From: a virus
Taxonomy: Duplodnaviria > Heunggongvirae > Uroviricota > Caudoviricetes
Reading direction: 5' to 3' (one strand)
Virus record (IMG/VR): IMGVR_UViG_2602041549_000012
Length of the DNA stretch: 34,341 nucleotides
The notes beneath the pieces were generated by a model. That model searched no databases. It was not told the origin of the DNA and was given only the letters and a program-made list of their open reading frames with translations. The translations under genes were made by a program, and so were the position numbers. This document shows positions 18,023-27,882 of this stretch, one piece after another (the stretch's first letter is position 1; every line of letters begins with the position of its first letter).

Positions 18023-18467
18023 GTTTAAGCGTTTTGAAGACCGGCTGACCGGACTGATTGAGTCGCTGTCACCGTCAGGGCGTCGGCGGCTGAGTGCAGA
18101 GCTGGCGAAGCGTCTGCGGCAGAGTCAGCAGCGTCGGGTGATGGCACAGAAAGCCCCGGACGGCACACCCTACGCGCCACGCCAGCAGCAGAGCGCCAGA
18201 AAAAAGACCGGTCGTGTTAAGCGAAAAATGTTTGCGAAACTTATCACCAGTCGTTTTTTGCATATCCGCGCCAGCCCGGAACAGGCATCAATGGAATTTT
18301 ACGGCGGGAAGTCGCCGAAAATCGCCAGTGTGCATCAGTTCGGTCTGTCGGAAGAAACCCGGAAAGACGGTAAGAAAATTGATTATCCGGCGCGTCCTCT
18401 GCTCGGCTTTACCGGTGAGGATGTGCAGATGATTGAAGAGATTATCCTGGCTCACCTTGAGCGTTAG
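18015..18467 (+). CDS. S: Tail completion protein S (150 aa)
   Basis: Synteny and length. Confidence 0.8.
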   Translation: MNEFKRFEDRLTGLIESLSPSGRRRLSAELAKRLRQSQQRRVMAQKAPDGTPYAPRQQQSARKKTGRVKRKMFAKLITSRFLHIRASPEQASMEFYGGKSPKIASVHQFGLSEETRKDGKKIDYPARPLLGFTGEDVQMIEEIILAHLER

Positions 18468-18497
18468 TTTTATCCAGGCAGAGGCTGATGCGCAATT

Positions 18498-18532
18498 AAA
18501 CATTGAGCGGCCATGCTGGTCGCTCAATGTTT
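18498..18532. terminator. Perfect 12-bp-stem hairpin between S and the minus-strand cargo gene
   Basis: AAACATTGAGCG-11 nt-CGCTCAATGTTT. Lies between two convergent gene ends. Confidence 0.4.
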
Positions 18533-18538
18533 AGAGGT

Positions 18539-19324
18539 TTATGAGTGATTTTTATTTGATGCTTTGTATTCTAAAACCTTCTTATTGGCGTAAAAGAATT
18601 TTGTATATGACAGGAATATAACCAGACCTGAAGTGAAATAGACGAGGGATAGTATTAATAATGCTTTTTTGTGACTGTTATTATCTTTAATCTCCTGGCT
18701 TAACCATTCGGAGTCCTCCTCGTTTAGCTGTAAGAGCTTATTGCAGGCGATCTCAGGAAGTGTGTCTTTTATAAATACGTTTTGCAGTCTCTTGCAATCG
18801 GCAAGGGTATAAGTTTTATTAAATTCAACTGCTTTATTTTTGAAGGATAAAAGAACTTTGTCACTATAAACATAGTACATCATGTTTTTATATGGTATGC
18901 CTATGGCATCCCTTACTATAACGGATTGTTCGTTGTGTATGTAACATGCGAGGAGAATGTAAAAAATACAGGCCAGAATTACAATTATTGTTTTAATTAT
19001 GTGTGGTGGTTTTGTTATGTCACCCCAGATGCGAGTAAGGAAAAAATACGATGTTTTTAGTTTTCCATCAATCAGTCCCTGCTGTATCATTCTCACATTT
19101 TCAATGCCTGATACATTGATTCCGTTAATTATTTTAAATAGTTGAATGTCGCGCCACTCGCGGTCAAGTCTTTTTAATTTTTTGTCTGAATATCCAAAAT
19201 TGAAATAATGTGCAATAAGCCTCATAAGGTTACTTTTACCAAAGCTAAAAAATGCTAATACTGCAAAGCTACAAAGGAAAAAAACGATTAGCCCCCACAC
19301 ATTAGTCACATTATAGCTGACCAT
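18539..19324 (-). CDS. AT-rich cargo membrane protein (261 aa, about 3 TM helices) at the S/V junction
   Basis: Opposite strand to the late genes. AAGGAG RBS. Hydrophobic helices at the N-terminus, middle and C-terminus. Strongly AT-rich. Occupies the position of P2 orf30. Confidence 0.7.
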   Translation of the reverse strand: MVSYNVTNVWGLIVFFLCSFAVLAFFSFGKSNLMRLIAHYFNFGYSDKKLKRLDREWRDIQLFKIINGINVSGIENVRMIQQGLIDGKLKTSYFFLTRIWGDITKPPHIIKTIIVILACIFYILLACYIHNEQSVIVRDAIGIPYKNMMYYVYSDKVLLSFKNKAVEFNKTYTLADCKRLQNVFIKDTLPEIACNKLLQLNEEDSEWLSQEIKDNNSHKKALLILSLVYFTSGLVIFLSYTKFFYANKKVLEYKASNKNHS

Positions 19325-19407
19325 TACGCTCTCCTTGAATGTTGTCTGGTAGTTCTACAAATGAATCCAGATAGCATAACTTTTATATATTGTGCAATCT
19401 CACATGC

Positions 19408-20043
19408 ATGAACACTCTCGCAAATATTCAGGAACTCGCGCGCGCACTGCGCAACATGATTCGCACCGGCATTATCGTCGAAACCGACCTTAACGCCGGT
19501 CGCTGCCGCGTGCAGACCGGCGGCATGTGCACCGACTGGCTTCAGTGGCTGACCCATCGCGCAGGACGTTCGCGCACATGGTGGGCACCTTCCGTGGGGG
19601 AACAGGTGCTGATTCTGGCCGTGGGCGGTGAACTCGACACGGCGTTCGTTCTGCCGGGGATTTATTCCGGCGATAACCCCGCGCCGTCTGTGTCGGCGGA
19701 TGCCCTGCATATCCGTTTCCCTGACGGGGCGGTGATTGAATATGAACCCGAAACCAGTGCACTCACGGTAAGCGGAATTAAAACGGCCAGCGTGACGGCT
19801 TCTGATTCTGTTACTGCCACGGTGCCGGTGGTCATGGTGAAAGCATCAACCCGCGTCACCCTGGACACCCCGGAGGTGGTCTGCACCAACAGGCTGATTA
19901 CCGGCACGCTGGAAGTGCAGAAGGGCGGGACGATGCGCGGCAACATTGAACACACCGGCGGTGAACTCTCATCAAACGGTAAGGTACTGCATACCCATAA
20001 ACACCCCGGCGACAGCGGCGGCACAACCGGGAGTCCTTTATGA
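19408..20043 (+). CDS. V: Baseplate spike protein V
   Basis: 211 aa from the internal ATG (MNTLANIQEL). Synteny. Confidence 0.85.
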   Translation: MNTLANIQELARALRNMIRTGIIVETDLNAGRCRVQTGGMCTDWLQWLTHRAGRSRTWWAPSVGEQVLILAVGGELDTAFVLPGIYSGDNPAPSVSADALHIRFPDGAVIEYEPETSALTVSGIKTASVTASDSVTATVPVVMVKASTRVTLDTPEVVCTNRLITGTLEVQKGGTMRGNIEHTGGELSSNGKVLHTHKHPGDSGGTTGSPL

Positions 20044-20387
20044 CAGCGCGTTATCTCGGAATGAATCGCAGTGATGGCCTGACTGTCACTGACCTTGAGC
20101 ATATCAGCCAGAGTATCGGCGATATCCTGCGCACACCGGTCGGCTCACGGGTGATGCGTCGTGATTACGGCTCGTTGCTGGCATCAATGATTGACCAGCC
20201 GCAGACCCCGGCGCTTGAGTTGCAGATTAAGGTCGCCTGTTACATGGCGGTGCTGAAATGGGAACCCCGCGTCACCCTGTCATCCGTCACCACTGAGCGC
20301 AGTTTTGACGGGCGAATGACGGTCACGTTAACCGGCCAGCACAACGACACCGGCCAGCCACTTTCATTAACCATACCTGTGAGTTGA
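20040..20387 (+). CDS. W: Baseplate protein W (115 aa)
   Basis: Synteny and length. Confidence 0.85.
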   Translation: MTARYLGMNRSDGLTVTDLEHISQSIGDILRTPVGSRVMRRDYGSLLASMIDQPQTPALELQIKVACYMAVLKWEPRVTLSSVTTERSFDGRMTVTLTGQHNDTGQPLSLTIPVS

Positions 20388-20391
20388 AACC

Positions 20392-21300
20392 ATGCCGATT
20401 ATCGACCTGAACCAGCTACCCGCACCAGATGTGGTCGAGGAGCTGGACTTTGAAAGCATTCTCGCTGAACGCAAGGCGACACTGATTTCCCTTTACCCGG
20501 AAGATCAGCAGGAGGCGGTCGCCCGTACCCTGACACTGGAATCTGAGCCTCTCGTCAAACTGCTGGAAGAAAATGCTTATCGTGAGCTTATCTGGCGTCA
20601 GCGTGTGAATGAGGCCGCACGGGCGGTGATGCTGGCCTGTGCCGCCGGTAATGACCTTGATGTGATTGGTGCCAATTACAACACCACGCGCCTGACTATC
20701 ACCCCGGCAGATGATTCGACCATTCCGCCGACACCGGCAGTGATGGAATCTGACACCGATTATCGTCTGCGTATTCAGCAGGCTTTTGAGGGCTTAAGCG
20801 TCGCCGGGTCAGTGGGAGCCTATCAGTATCATGGTCGCAGTGCTGACGGGCGTGTCGCGGATATTTCTGTCACCAGTCCGTCTCCTGCCTGTGTCACCAT
20901 CTCTGTGCTGTCACGTGAAAATAACGGCGTCGCATCCGAAGACCTGCTGGCTGTGGTGCGTAACGCCCTTAATGGCGAGGACGTCAGGCCGGTGGCCGAC
21001 CGCGTGACCGTGCAGTCTGCCGCCATCGTTGAATACCAGATAAACGCCACGCTTTACCTTTACCCTGGTCCCGAAAGCGAACCCATCCGCGCTGCCGCTG
21101 TGAAAAAGCTGGAAGCGTATATCACGGCACAGCACCGGCTGGGGCGCGACATCCGTCTGTCTGCCATTTATGCCGCTTTGCATGTGGAAGGTGTGCAGCG
21201 TGTCGAACTGGCTGCACCACTGGCCGACATCGTGCTCAACAGTACGCAGGCGTCTTTCTGTACCGAATACCGCGTCGTGACCGGAGGCTCGGATGAGTGA
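20392..21300 (+). CDS. J: Baseplate protein J (302 aa)
   Basis: Synteny and length. Confidence 0.85.
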   Translation: MPIIDLNQLPAPDVVEELDFESILAERKATLISLYPEDQQEAVARTLTLESEPLVKLLEENAYRELIWRQRVNEAARAVMLACAAGNDLDVIGANYNTTRLTITPADDSTIPPTPAVMESDTDYRLRIQQAFEGLSVAGSVGAYQYHGRSADGRVADISVTSPSPACVTISVLSRENNGVASEDLLAVVRNALNGEDVRPVADRVTVQSAAIVEYQINATLYLYPGPESEPIRAAAVKKLEAYITAQHRLGRDIRLSAIYAALHVEGVQRVELAAPLADIVLNSTQASFCTEYRVVTGGSDE

Positions 21301-21823
21301 TTCGCGACTGCTGCCGACCGGCTCATCACCGCTTGAGGTCGCCGCCGCAAAAGCCTGTGCGGAAATTGAAAAAACGCCGGTCAGTATTCGTGAGCTGTGG
21401 AACCCGGACACCTGTCCGGCAAATCTGCTGCCGTGGCTGGCGTGGGCGTTTTCGGTCGACAGGTGGGATGAAAAGTGGCCGGAAGCGACAAAACGCGCCG
21501 TTATCCGCGATGCGTATTTCATCCACTGTCATAAAGGCACAATAGGTGCAATCCGGCGTGTGGTGGAGCCGCTCGGCTATCTCATCAACGTGACGGAGTG
21601 GTGGGAAAACAGTGACCCGCCCGGCACCTTCCGGCTTGATATTGGTGTACTGGAAAGCGGCATCACAGAGGCAATGTATCAGGAAATGGAACGGCTGATT
21701 GCTGATGCCAAACCTGCAAGCCGCCACCTTATTGGCCTGAACATTACCCGGGACATTCCCGGCTACCTGTTCGCCGGTGGTGTGGCTTACGACGGCGATG
21801 TAATTACGGTTTACCCCGGATAA
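21293..21823 (+). CDS. I: Baseplate protein I (176 aa)
   Basis: Synteny and length. Confidence 0.8.
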   Translation: MSDSRLLPTGSSPLEVAAAKACAEIEKTPVSIRELWNPDTCPANLLPWLAWAFSVDRWDEKWPEATKRAVIRDAYFIHCHKGTIGAIRRVVEPLGYLINVTEWWENSDPPGTFRLDIGVLESGITEAMYQEMERLIADAKPASRHLIGLNITRDIPGYLFAGGVAYDGDVITVYPG

Positions 21824-21833
21824 GTGAGGAATA

Positions 21834-24176
21834 ATGAGCACAAAATTCAGAACCGTTATCACCACTGCCGGTGCAGCAAAGCTGGCAGCGGCAACCGCAC
21901 CGGGAGGGCGGAAGGTCAACATTACCACGATGGCCGTCGGGGATGGCGGTGGTAAATTGCCTGTCCCGGATGCCGGACAGACCGGGCTTATCCACGAAGT
22001 CTGGCGACATGCGCTGAACAAAATCAGCCAGGACAAACGAAACAGTAATTATATTATCGCAGAGCTGGTTATTCCGCCGGAGGTGGGCGGTTTCTGGATG
22101 CGTGAGCTTGGCCTGTACGATGATGCGGGAACGTTAATTGCTGTGGCGAACATGGCCGAAAGTTATAAGCCAGCTCTTGCCGAAGGCTCAGGGCGTTCGC
22201 AGACCTGCCGTATGGTCATCATCGTCAGCAGTGTGACCTCAGTGGCGCTGACCATTGACACCACAACGGTGATGGCGACGCAGGATTACGTTGATGACAA
22301 AATTGCAGAACATGAACAGTCACGACGTCACCCGGACGCCTCGCTGACCGCAAAAGGTTTTACTCAGTTAAGCAGTGCGACCAACAGCACGTCTGAAACA
22401 CTGGCTGCAACGCCAAAGGCGGTAAAGGCCGCATATGACCTTGCTAACGGGAAATATACCGCACAGGACGCCACCACAGCACGAAAAGGCCTTGTCCAGC
22501 TCAGTAGTGCCACCAACAGCACGTCTGAAACGCTCGCCGCAACACCAAAAGCGGTAAAAGCAGCATATGACCTTGCTAACGGGAAATATACCGCACAGGA
22601 CGCCACCACAGCACGAAAAGGCCTTGTCCAGCTCAGTAGTGCCACCAACAGCACGTCTGAAACGCTCGCCGCAACACCAAAAGCGGTAAAAGCAGCATAT
22701 GACCTTGCTAACGGGAAATATACCGCACAGGACGCCACCACAGCGCGAAAAGGCCTTGTTCAGCTCAGTAGCGCCACCAACAGCGATTCTGAAACGCTTG
22801 CGGCAACGCCAAAGGCGGTTAAGACAGCGTATGACCTTGCTAACGGGAAATACACTGCACAGGATGCCACCACAGCGCGAAAAGGTCTTGTCCAGCTCAG
22901 TAGCGCCACCAACAGTGATTCTGAAACGCTGGCTGCAACACCAAAAGCGGTGAAGTCTGCCTATGACAATGCTGAAAAACGTCTTCAGAAAGATCAGAAC
23001 GGTGCGGATATTCCGGGAAAGGATACCTTCACGAAAAATATCGGTGCCTGTCGTGCTTATAGCGGCGCTTTGAGCACTGAAGCCGGAAACTGGACAACCG
23101 CTCAGTTTATTGACTGGCTAGAGTCTCAGGGAGCCTTTAATCATCCTTACTGGATGTGCAAGTGTTCCTGGTCATATGGTAATAACAAAATTATTACCGA
23201 TACTGACTGTGGGACTATTCATCTTGCAGGTTGCGTGATTGAGGTTATGGGCGTTAAAGCAGCAATGACCATTCGTGTGACCACTCCGAGTACATCAAGC
23301 GGTGGTGGTACCACCAGTGCGCAATTCACGTATATCAATCACGGAGCTGATTATGCGCCGGGCTGGCGACGCGACTACAATACGAAAAATAAGCAACCGG
23401 CTTTTGCATTAGGGAAAACAGGAAATACGGTTGCAAATAATAAAGCGGTAGGATGGAACTGGGACAGTGGTGCTTATTGTGCACAGGATGGCGGCGCATC
23501 AAAAATGGTGTTGCATTTTTACACGGGTGAGGGAAGTTGTCCGGCAATGCAGTTTCTTGTGGATTATAAAAACAGGGGGATTTTTTACAGGTCGGCACGT
23601 GATGGGTATGGATTTGAGGCTGACTGGTCAGAGTTTTATACCACATCACGAAAGCCAACACCTGCGGATATTCTTGCTCTGGCATTATCAGGCGGAAGCA
23701 TGTCAGGCAGCATAAAATTTATCAATGATGCCTTCCTGATTTGGGAAAGAAACACTGACTGGGCGAAAATTGGATTTAAAAATGATTCAGATGCTGATTC
23801 TGACTCATACATGTGGTTTGAAACTGGTGATAATGGCAATGAATATTTTAAATGGCGCATCAGGTCTGGCAGCACAACAAAAGATCTGATGACGCTTAAG
23901 TCTGATGCACTACGGGTTACCGGGCAGGTGATACCATCAAATTTCAGCAATTTTGACTCCCGCTATGTCCGGGATATCCGACTTGGTGGTGCCGCCACAT
24001 ACAAACCTGCGAACAATGGCATGACATGGACACATCAGGCACCGTCCGGGTGTGTATATACCGGCATTATTGTTCAGGATACCGGCTCAAACTCTGCCGA
24101 TAACATTGGTGGCGTATATTACAGACCGGTTCAGAAATACATTAACGGGACATGGTACAACGTGGCGCAGGTATAA
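21834..24176 (+). CDS. H: Tail fiber protein H (780 aa) with internal tandem repeats and an AT-rich distal domain
   Basis: Conserved N-terminus (MSTKFRTVITTAGAAKLAAA...). Phage-fibre repeat motif SATNSTSETLAATPKAVK. Longer than P2 H as I recall it. Confidence 0.85.
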   Translation: MSTKFRTVITTAGAAKLAAATAPGGRKVNITTMAVGDGGGKLPVPDAGQTGLIHEVWRHALNKISQDKRNSNYIIAELVIPPEVGGFWMRELGLYDDAGTLIAVANMAESYKPALAEGSGRSQTCRMVIIVSSVTSVALTIDTTTVMATQDYVDDKIAEHEQSRRHPDASLTAKGFTQLSSATNSTSETLAATPKAVKAAYDLANGKYTAQDATTARKGLVQLSSATNSTSETLAATPKAVKAAYDLANGKYTAQDATTARKGLVQLSSATNSTSETLAATPKAVKAAYDLANGKYTAQDATTARKGLVQLSSATNSDSETLAATPKAVKTAYDLANGKYTAQDATTARKGLVQLSSATNSDSETLAATPKAVKSAYDNAEKRLQKDQNGADIPGKDTFTKNIGACRAYSGALSTEAGNWTTAQFIDWLESQGAFNHPYWMCKCSWSYGNNKIITDTDCGTIHLAGCVIEVMGVKAAMTIRVTTPSTSSGGGTTSAQFTYINHGADYAPGWRRDYNTKNKQPAFALGKTGNTVANNKAVGWNWDSGAYCAQDGGASKMVLHFYTGEGSCPAMQFLVDYKNRGIFYRSARDGYGFEADWSEFYTTSRKPTPADILALALSGGSMSGSIKFINDAFLIWERNTDWAKIGFKNDSDADSDSYMWFETGDNGNEYFKWRIRSGSTTKDLMTLKSDALRVTGQVIPSNFSNFDSRYVRDIRLGGAATYKPANNGMTWTHQAPSGCVYTGIIVQDTGSNSADNIGGVYYRPVQKYINGTWYNVAQV
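22353..22967 (+). repeat. Tandem 132-bp (44-aa) repeats inside H, about 4.7 copies
   Basis: Units start at 22353, 22485, 22617, 22749 and 22881 (partial). Units 2 and 3 appear identical at the DNA level. Confidence 0.85.
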
Positions 24177-24179
24177 TTT

Positions 24180-24707
24180 ATGCAGCATTTGATAAATATA
24201 ACGGCAGGTAATCCAAAAACGGTTGAACAATATCAATTGACAAAGAACTTTGATGTCGTCTGGTTTTTTACAGAAGATGGTAAGAACTGGTACGAAGAAC
24301 AAAAGTATTTTGCTGATGACACGATAAAAATAGCGTACGACAAAGATAATATCATCCGCTATGTGGAAAAGGATGTGACAGCTATCAGACCGGATGGATT
24401 AAGTGTGGTTGAAGTGGCGGATATTACTGCTAACCGACGGGCGGACATTTCAGGGAACTGGATGTTTAAGGACGGCAAAGTGATTAAACGCATTTATACG
24501 GCAGAGGAATTGCAGCAGCAGGCAGAAAATCGGAAAGCCAGACTTCTTGCAGATGCTGAATCCGTAATTTTGCCGCTGGAACGCGCTGTCAGGCTGAATA
24601 TGGCGACGGATGAAGAGCGCACACGACTGGAAGCATGGGAACGCTACAGCGTTCTGGTCAGTCGTGTGGATCCTGCAAATCCTGAATGGCCGGAAATGCC
24701 GCAATAA
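24180..24707 (+). CDS. G: Tail fiber assembly chaperone G (175 aa)
   Basis: Immediately follows H. Length and position. Confidence 0.75.
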   Translation: MQHLINITAGNPKTVEQYQLTKNFDVVWFFTEDGKNWYEEQKYFADDTIKIAYDKDNIIRYVEKDVTAIRPDGLSVVEVADITANRRADISGNWMFKDGKVIKRIYTAEELQQQAENRKARLLADAESVILPLERAVRLNMATDEERTRLEAWERYSVLVSRVDPANPEWPEMPQ

Positions 24708-24840
24708 GTTGTATGAGCTCTGGTGGGAGCCTACATATCTATGGCACAGAGTAAAGCCTAATCTGACAGTCCGCTCTGTGCCAAAAGCGGACTAACATAT
24801 AATTTCACATTCAATCAAGAGTCATGATGATAGCATTGGA

Positions 24841-25701
24841 TCATTGTTTTGTATTCTTTAATAACTCTAAGTCGATAACAAGTATACGTGTTGGAATCGG
24901 GGCTTTATTTGGGTACAAACGTTCTCTTTTCAAATTAAAAGCCTCGCCGCTTTTAAATAACCTAGAAATGTCATGACCTTTAAATACATAATCTAAGTTT
25001 GCATCGTTTTCGTGAATTTGATGCAACTCTATTTTTTCATTCTCGGGCACTATGACGTTTGAGTATGATAGAGAAATCACATCTGGCGGTTGTTGTGGTG
25101 TTGTATTTCTATAAATATATTTACTTCTGGTTCCTATACACTCCAGAAGACAACAAAGCGGGTATGTCGTTCTAACCTTGTGTATTGAATTGAAATTCTT
25201 CCCTCTTTTTTTATGTATTGCACTAACTACCACTTCAAGATTAGCAACAGTAATTCCCATTTTTTTTCTTGATATTGGTCTCTTACAATTCCAATACTCA
25301 TCAAGTTCAGCTTGTTTTGGGTAATTGTAAAAAGCATAGAGTGGTACTGCGTTTGTATCTTTAGCGTACTGCTGTAATATATTATGTTGTAAAATTTTAT
25401 TTTTCCCTACCTCATGCTTTAGCTTTTTATATGAATACTGGTTATGATCCATTTTTTTTGCTTGTATTGCATATCGTACCCAACCAGTTTTCCTGCTCCC
25501 AATCCACCATTCCCAATCTGTTCCTTTTGTTGACTCTTTATCTTTGGTGGTTTTCTTTATAGTCACATAACTATAATCTCGCCTAGCAATCTCTAATAAA
25601 ATTAAATCACTAATTGTTTCTTCACCTATAGATAATCCTAATTTTTTTCCATCATGAAGCAAATCCCAGACATACTCAGAAATATCAGAAAAAACACTCA
25701 T
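24841..25701 (-). CDS. AT-rich cargo protein (286 aa) at the G/FI junction, function unknown
   Basis: Minus strand between G and FI, the position of P2 Z/fun. The track start at 25704 is TTG, with an ATG at 25701. Strongly AT-rich. Possible PD-(D/E)xK-like N-terminal motifs (TDWEWWIG ... YAIQAKK). Confidence 0.65.
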   Translation of the reverse strand: MSVFSDISEYVWDLLHDGKKLGLSIGEETISDLILLEIARRDYSYVTIKKTTKDKESTKGTDWEWWIGSRKTGWVRYAIQAKKMDHNQYSYKKLKHEVGKNKILQHNILQQYAKDTNAVPLYAFYNYPKQAELDEYWNCKRPISRKKMGITVANLEVVVSAIHKKRGKNFNSIHKVRTTYPLCCLLECIGTRSKYIYRNTTPQQPPDVISLSYSNVIVPENEKIELHQIHENDANLDYVFKGHDISRLFKSGEAFNLKRERLYPNKAPIPTRILVIDLELLKNTKQ

Positions 25702-25981
25702 CAACTCAACCTATATAAATGATATATAATTCATGTCTAAATATCGTCTTTGCCACTCAAAACTTTAGGGTGATGAAAAAATATAATGAAGTTCAAAAGG
25801 AACTAAGCGTACGATATCCATAATTATACTCTTTCAGACTTTCTGGATAACCCATCTTGGGAAGAGATTCCGCAAAACGCAAACCAACGTCCGCTCCTCG
25901 CTCAAAACAGGCTGTCAGATTTGATAGCGTTTCGGCTATGTAAATAGTCAGTCGGAAAATAAGTGAGTACAAATCAGGACA

Positions 25982-26008
25982 GGCGGGCGAATTGCCCGCC
26001 TTTTCTTT
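25982..26008 (+). terminator. Rho-independent terminator upstream of FI
   Basis: GGCGGGC-gaatt-GCCCGCC followed by TTTTCTTT. Confidence 0.45.
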
Positions 26009-26104
26009 ATCTGTTGTTTCATCCACTGACCAGCCAGGTCAAATAGCGTCTCATGCACTGCCCAACAGAAAATAGTTGCACCAATTAACCACGGAGTTAA
26101 ACGG

Positions 26105-27295
26105 ATGAGTGACTATCATCACGGCGTGCAGGTGCTGGAGATTAACGACGGCACCCGCGTCATTTCCACCGTATCCACGGCCATTGTCGGCATGGTCTGC
26201 ACGGCCAGCGATGCGGATGCGGAAACCTTCCCCCTCAATAAACCTGTGCTGATTACCAATGTGCAGAGCGCAATTGCAAAGGCCGGTAAAAAAGGCACGC
26301 TGGCGGCATCGTTGCAGGCCATCGCCGACCAGTCAAAACCGGTCACCGTTGTCGTGCGCGTGGAAGACGGCACCGGCGATGACGAAGAAACGAAACTCGC
26401 GCAGACCGTTTCCAATATCATCGGCACCACCGACGAAAACGGTCAGTACACCGGACTGAAAGCCCTGCTGGCGGCGGAGTCGGTAACCGGTGTTAAACCG
26501 CGTATTCTCGGTGTGCCGGGACTGGATACCAAAGAGGTGGCTGTTGCACTGGCATCCGTCTGTCAGAAGCTGCGCGCTTTCGGATATATCAGCGCATGGG
26601 GCTGTAAGACTATTTCCGAGGTGAAAGCCTACCGCCAGAATTTCAGCCAGCGTGAGCTGATGGTCATCTGGCCGGATTTCCTCGCATGGGATACGGTCAG
26701 CAGCACCACCGCCACCGCGTATGCCACCGCCCGTGCGTTGGGTCTGCGCGCTAAAATCGACCAGGAGCAGGGCTGGCATAAAACGCTGTCCAATGTCGGG
26801 GTAAACGGTGTTACCGGCATCAGCGCCTCTGTATTCTGGGATTTGCAGGAGTCCGGCACCGATGCTGACCTGTTGAACGAGTCAGGTGTCACAACGCTGA
26901 TTCGCCGTGACGGTTTCCGCTTCTGGGGTAACCGTACCTGCTCTGATGACCCACTGTTCCTCTTTGAAAACTACACCCGCACCGCGCAGGTGCTGGCCGA
27001 CACGATGGCTGAGGCGCACATGTGGGCGGTGGATAAGCCCATCACCGCAACGCTGATTCGCGACATCGTTGACGGCATCAATGCCAAATTCCGTGAGCTG
27101 AAAACAAACGGCTATATCGTGGATGCGACCTGCTGGTTCAGCGAAGAATCCAACGATGCGGAAACCCTCAAGGCCGGAAAACTGTATATCGACTATGACT
27201 ATACCCCGGTGCCTCCTCTCGAAAACCTGACCCTGCGCCAGCGTATTACTGATAAATATCTGGCAAATCTGGTCACCTCGGTTAACAGCAATTAA
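26105..27295 (+). CDS. FI: Tail sheath protein FI (396 aa)
   Basis: Synteny and length. Confidence 0.9.
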   Translation: MSDYHHGVQVLEINDGTRVISTVSTAIVGMVCTASDADAETFPLNKPVLITNVQSAIAKAGKKGTLAASLQAIADQSKPVTVVVRVEDGTGDDEETKLAQTVSNIIGTTDENGQYTGLKALLAAESVTGVKPRILGVPGLDTKEVAVALASVCQKLRAFGYISAWGCKTISEVKAYRQNFSQRELMVIWPDFLAWDTVSSTTATAYATARALGLRAKIDQEQGWHKTLSNVGVNGVTGISASVFWDLQESGTDADLLNESGVTTLIRRDGFRFWGNRTCSDDPLFLFENYTRTAQVLADTMAEAHMWAVDKPITATLIRDIVDGINAKFRELKTNGYIVDATCWFSEESNDAETLKAGKLYIDYDYTPVPPLENLTLRQRITDKYLANLVTSVNSN

Positions 27296-27307
27296 GGAGC
27301 CTGACCG

Positions 27308-27826
27308 ATGGCAATGCCGCGCAAACTCAAGTTAATGAACGTCTTTCTGAACGGCTACAGCTATCAGGGCGTTGCAAAGTCCGTCACGCTGCCAAAACTG
27401 ACCCGTAAGCTCGAAAACTATCGTGGTGCGGGGATGAACGGCAGCGCACCGGTAGACCTCGGCCTTGATGACGATGCGCTGTCAATGGAGTGGTCGCTCG
27501 GGGGCTTCCCGGATTCGGTTATCTGGGAACTTTACGCCGCAACCGGTGTGGATGCCGTACCGATTCGTTTTGCAGGCTCTTACCAGCGCGACGATACCGG
27601 CGAAACGGTGGCCGTCGAGGTGGTCATGCGTGGACGTCAGAAAGAAATCGACACCGGCGAGGGGAAACAGGGAGAAGATACCGAGTCGAAAATCTCCGTG
27701 GTCTGCACTTATTTCCGGCTGACGATGGACGGTAAGGAGCTGGTCGAAATTGACACCATCAACATGATTGAGAAGGTGAACGGCGTCGACCGGCTGGAGC
27801 AACACCGCCGCAATATCGGCCTGTGA
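27308..27826 (+). CDS. FII: Tail tube protein FII (172 aa)
   Basis: Synteny and length. Confidence 0.9.
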   Translation: MAMPRKLKLMNVFLNGYSYQGVAKSVTLPKLTRKLENYRGAGMNGSAPVDLGLDDDALSMEWSLGGFPDSVIWELYAATGVDAVPIRFAGSYQRDDTGETVAVEVVMRGRQKEIDTGEGKQGEDTESKISVVCTYFRLTMDGKELVEIDTINMIEKVNGVDRLEQHRRNIGL

Positions 27827-27882
27827 TTTTCATCCGGTCAGCCAGGCTGACCGGTTAACCCCGATTCAGAAGTGAGAAAACC

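Noticed and set aside
22364-22953. Repetitive ORFs on both strands (22364-22741 minus, 22699-22953 plus) that could be read as separate repeat proteins or a CRISPR-like array
   Set aside because: They are the alternative-frame and antisense shadows of the in-frame 132-bp tandem repeats in tail fibre H. There are no spacer-like unique units, so this is not CRISPR.
25793-26026. 77-aa minus-strand ORF upstream of the G/FI cargo gene
   Set aside because: It spans the plus-strand terminator hairpin at 25982-26008 and has no evident RBS, so it is more likely non-coding leader or promoter DNA. It could not be confirmed either way.
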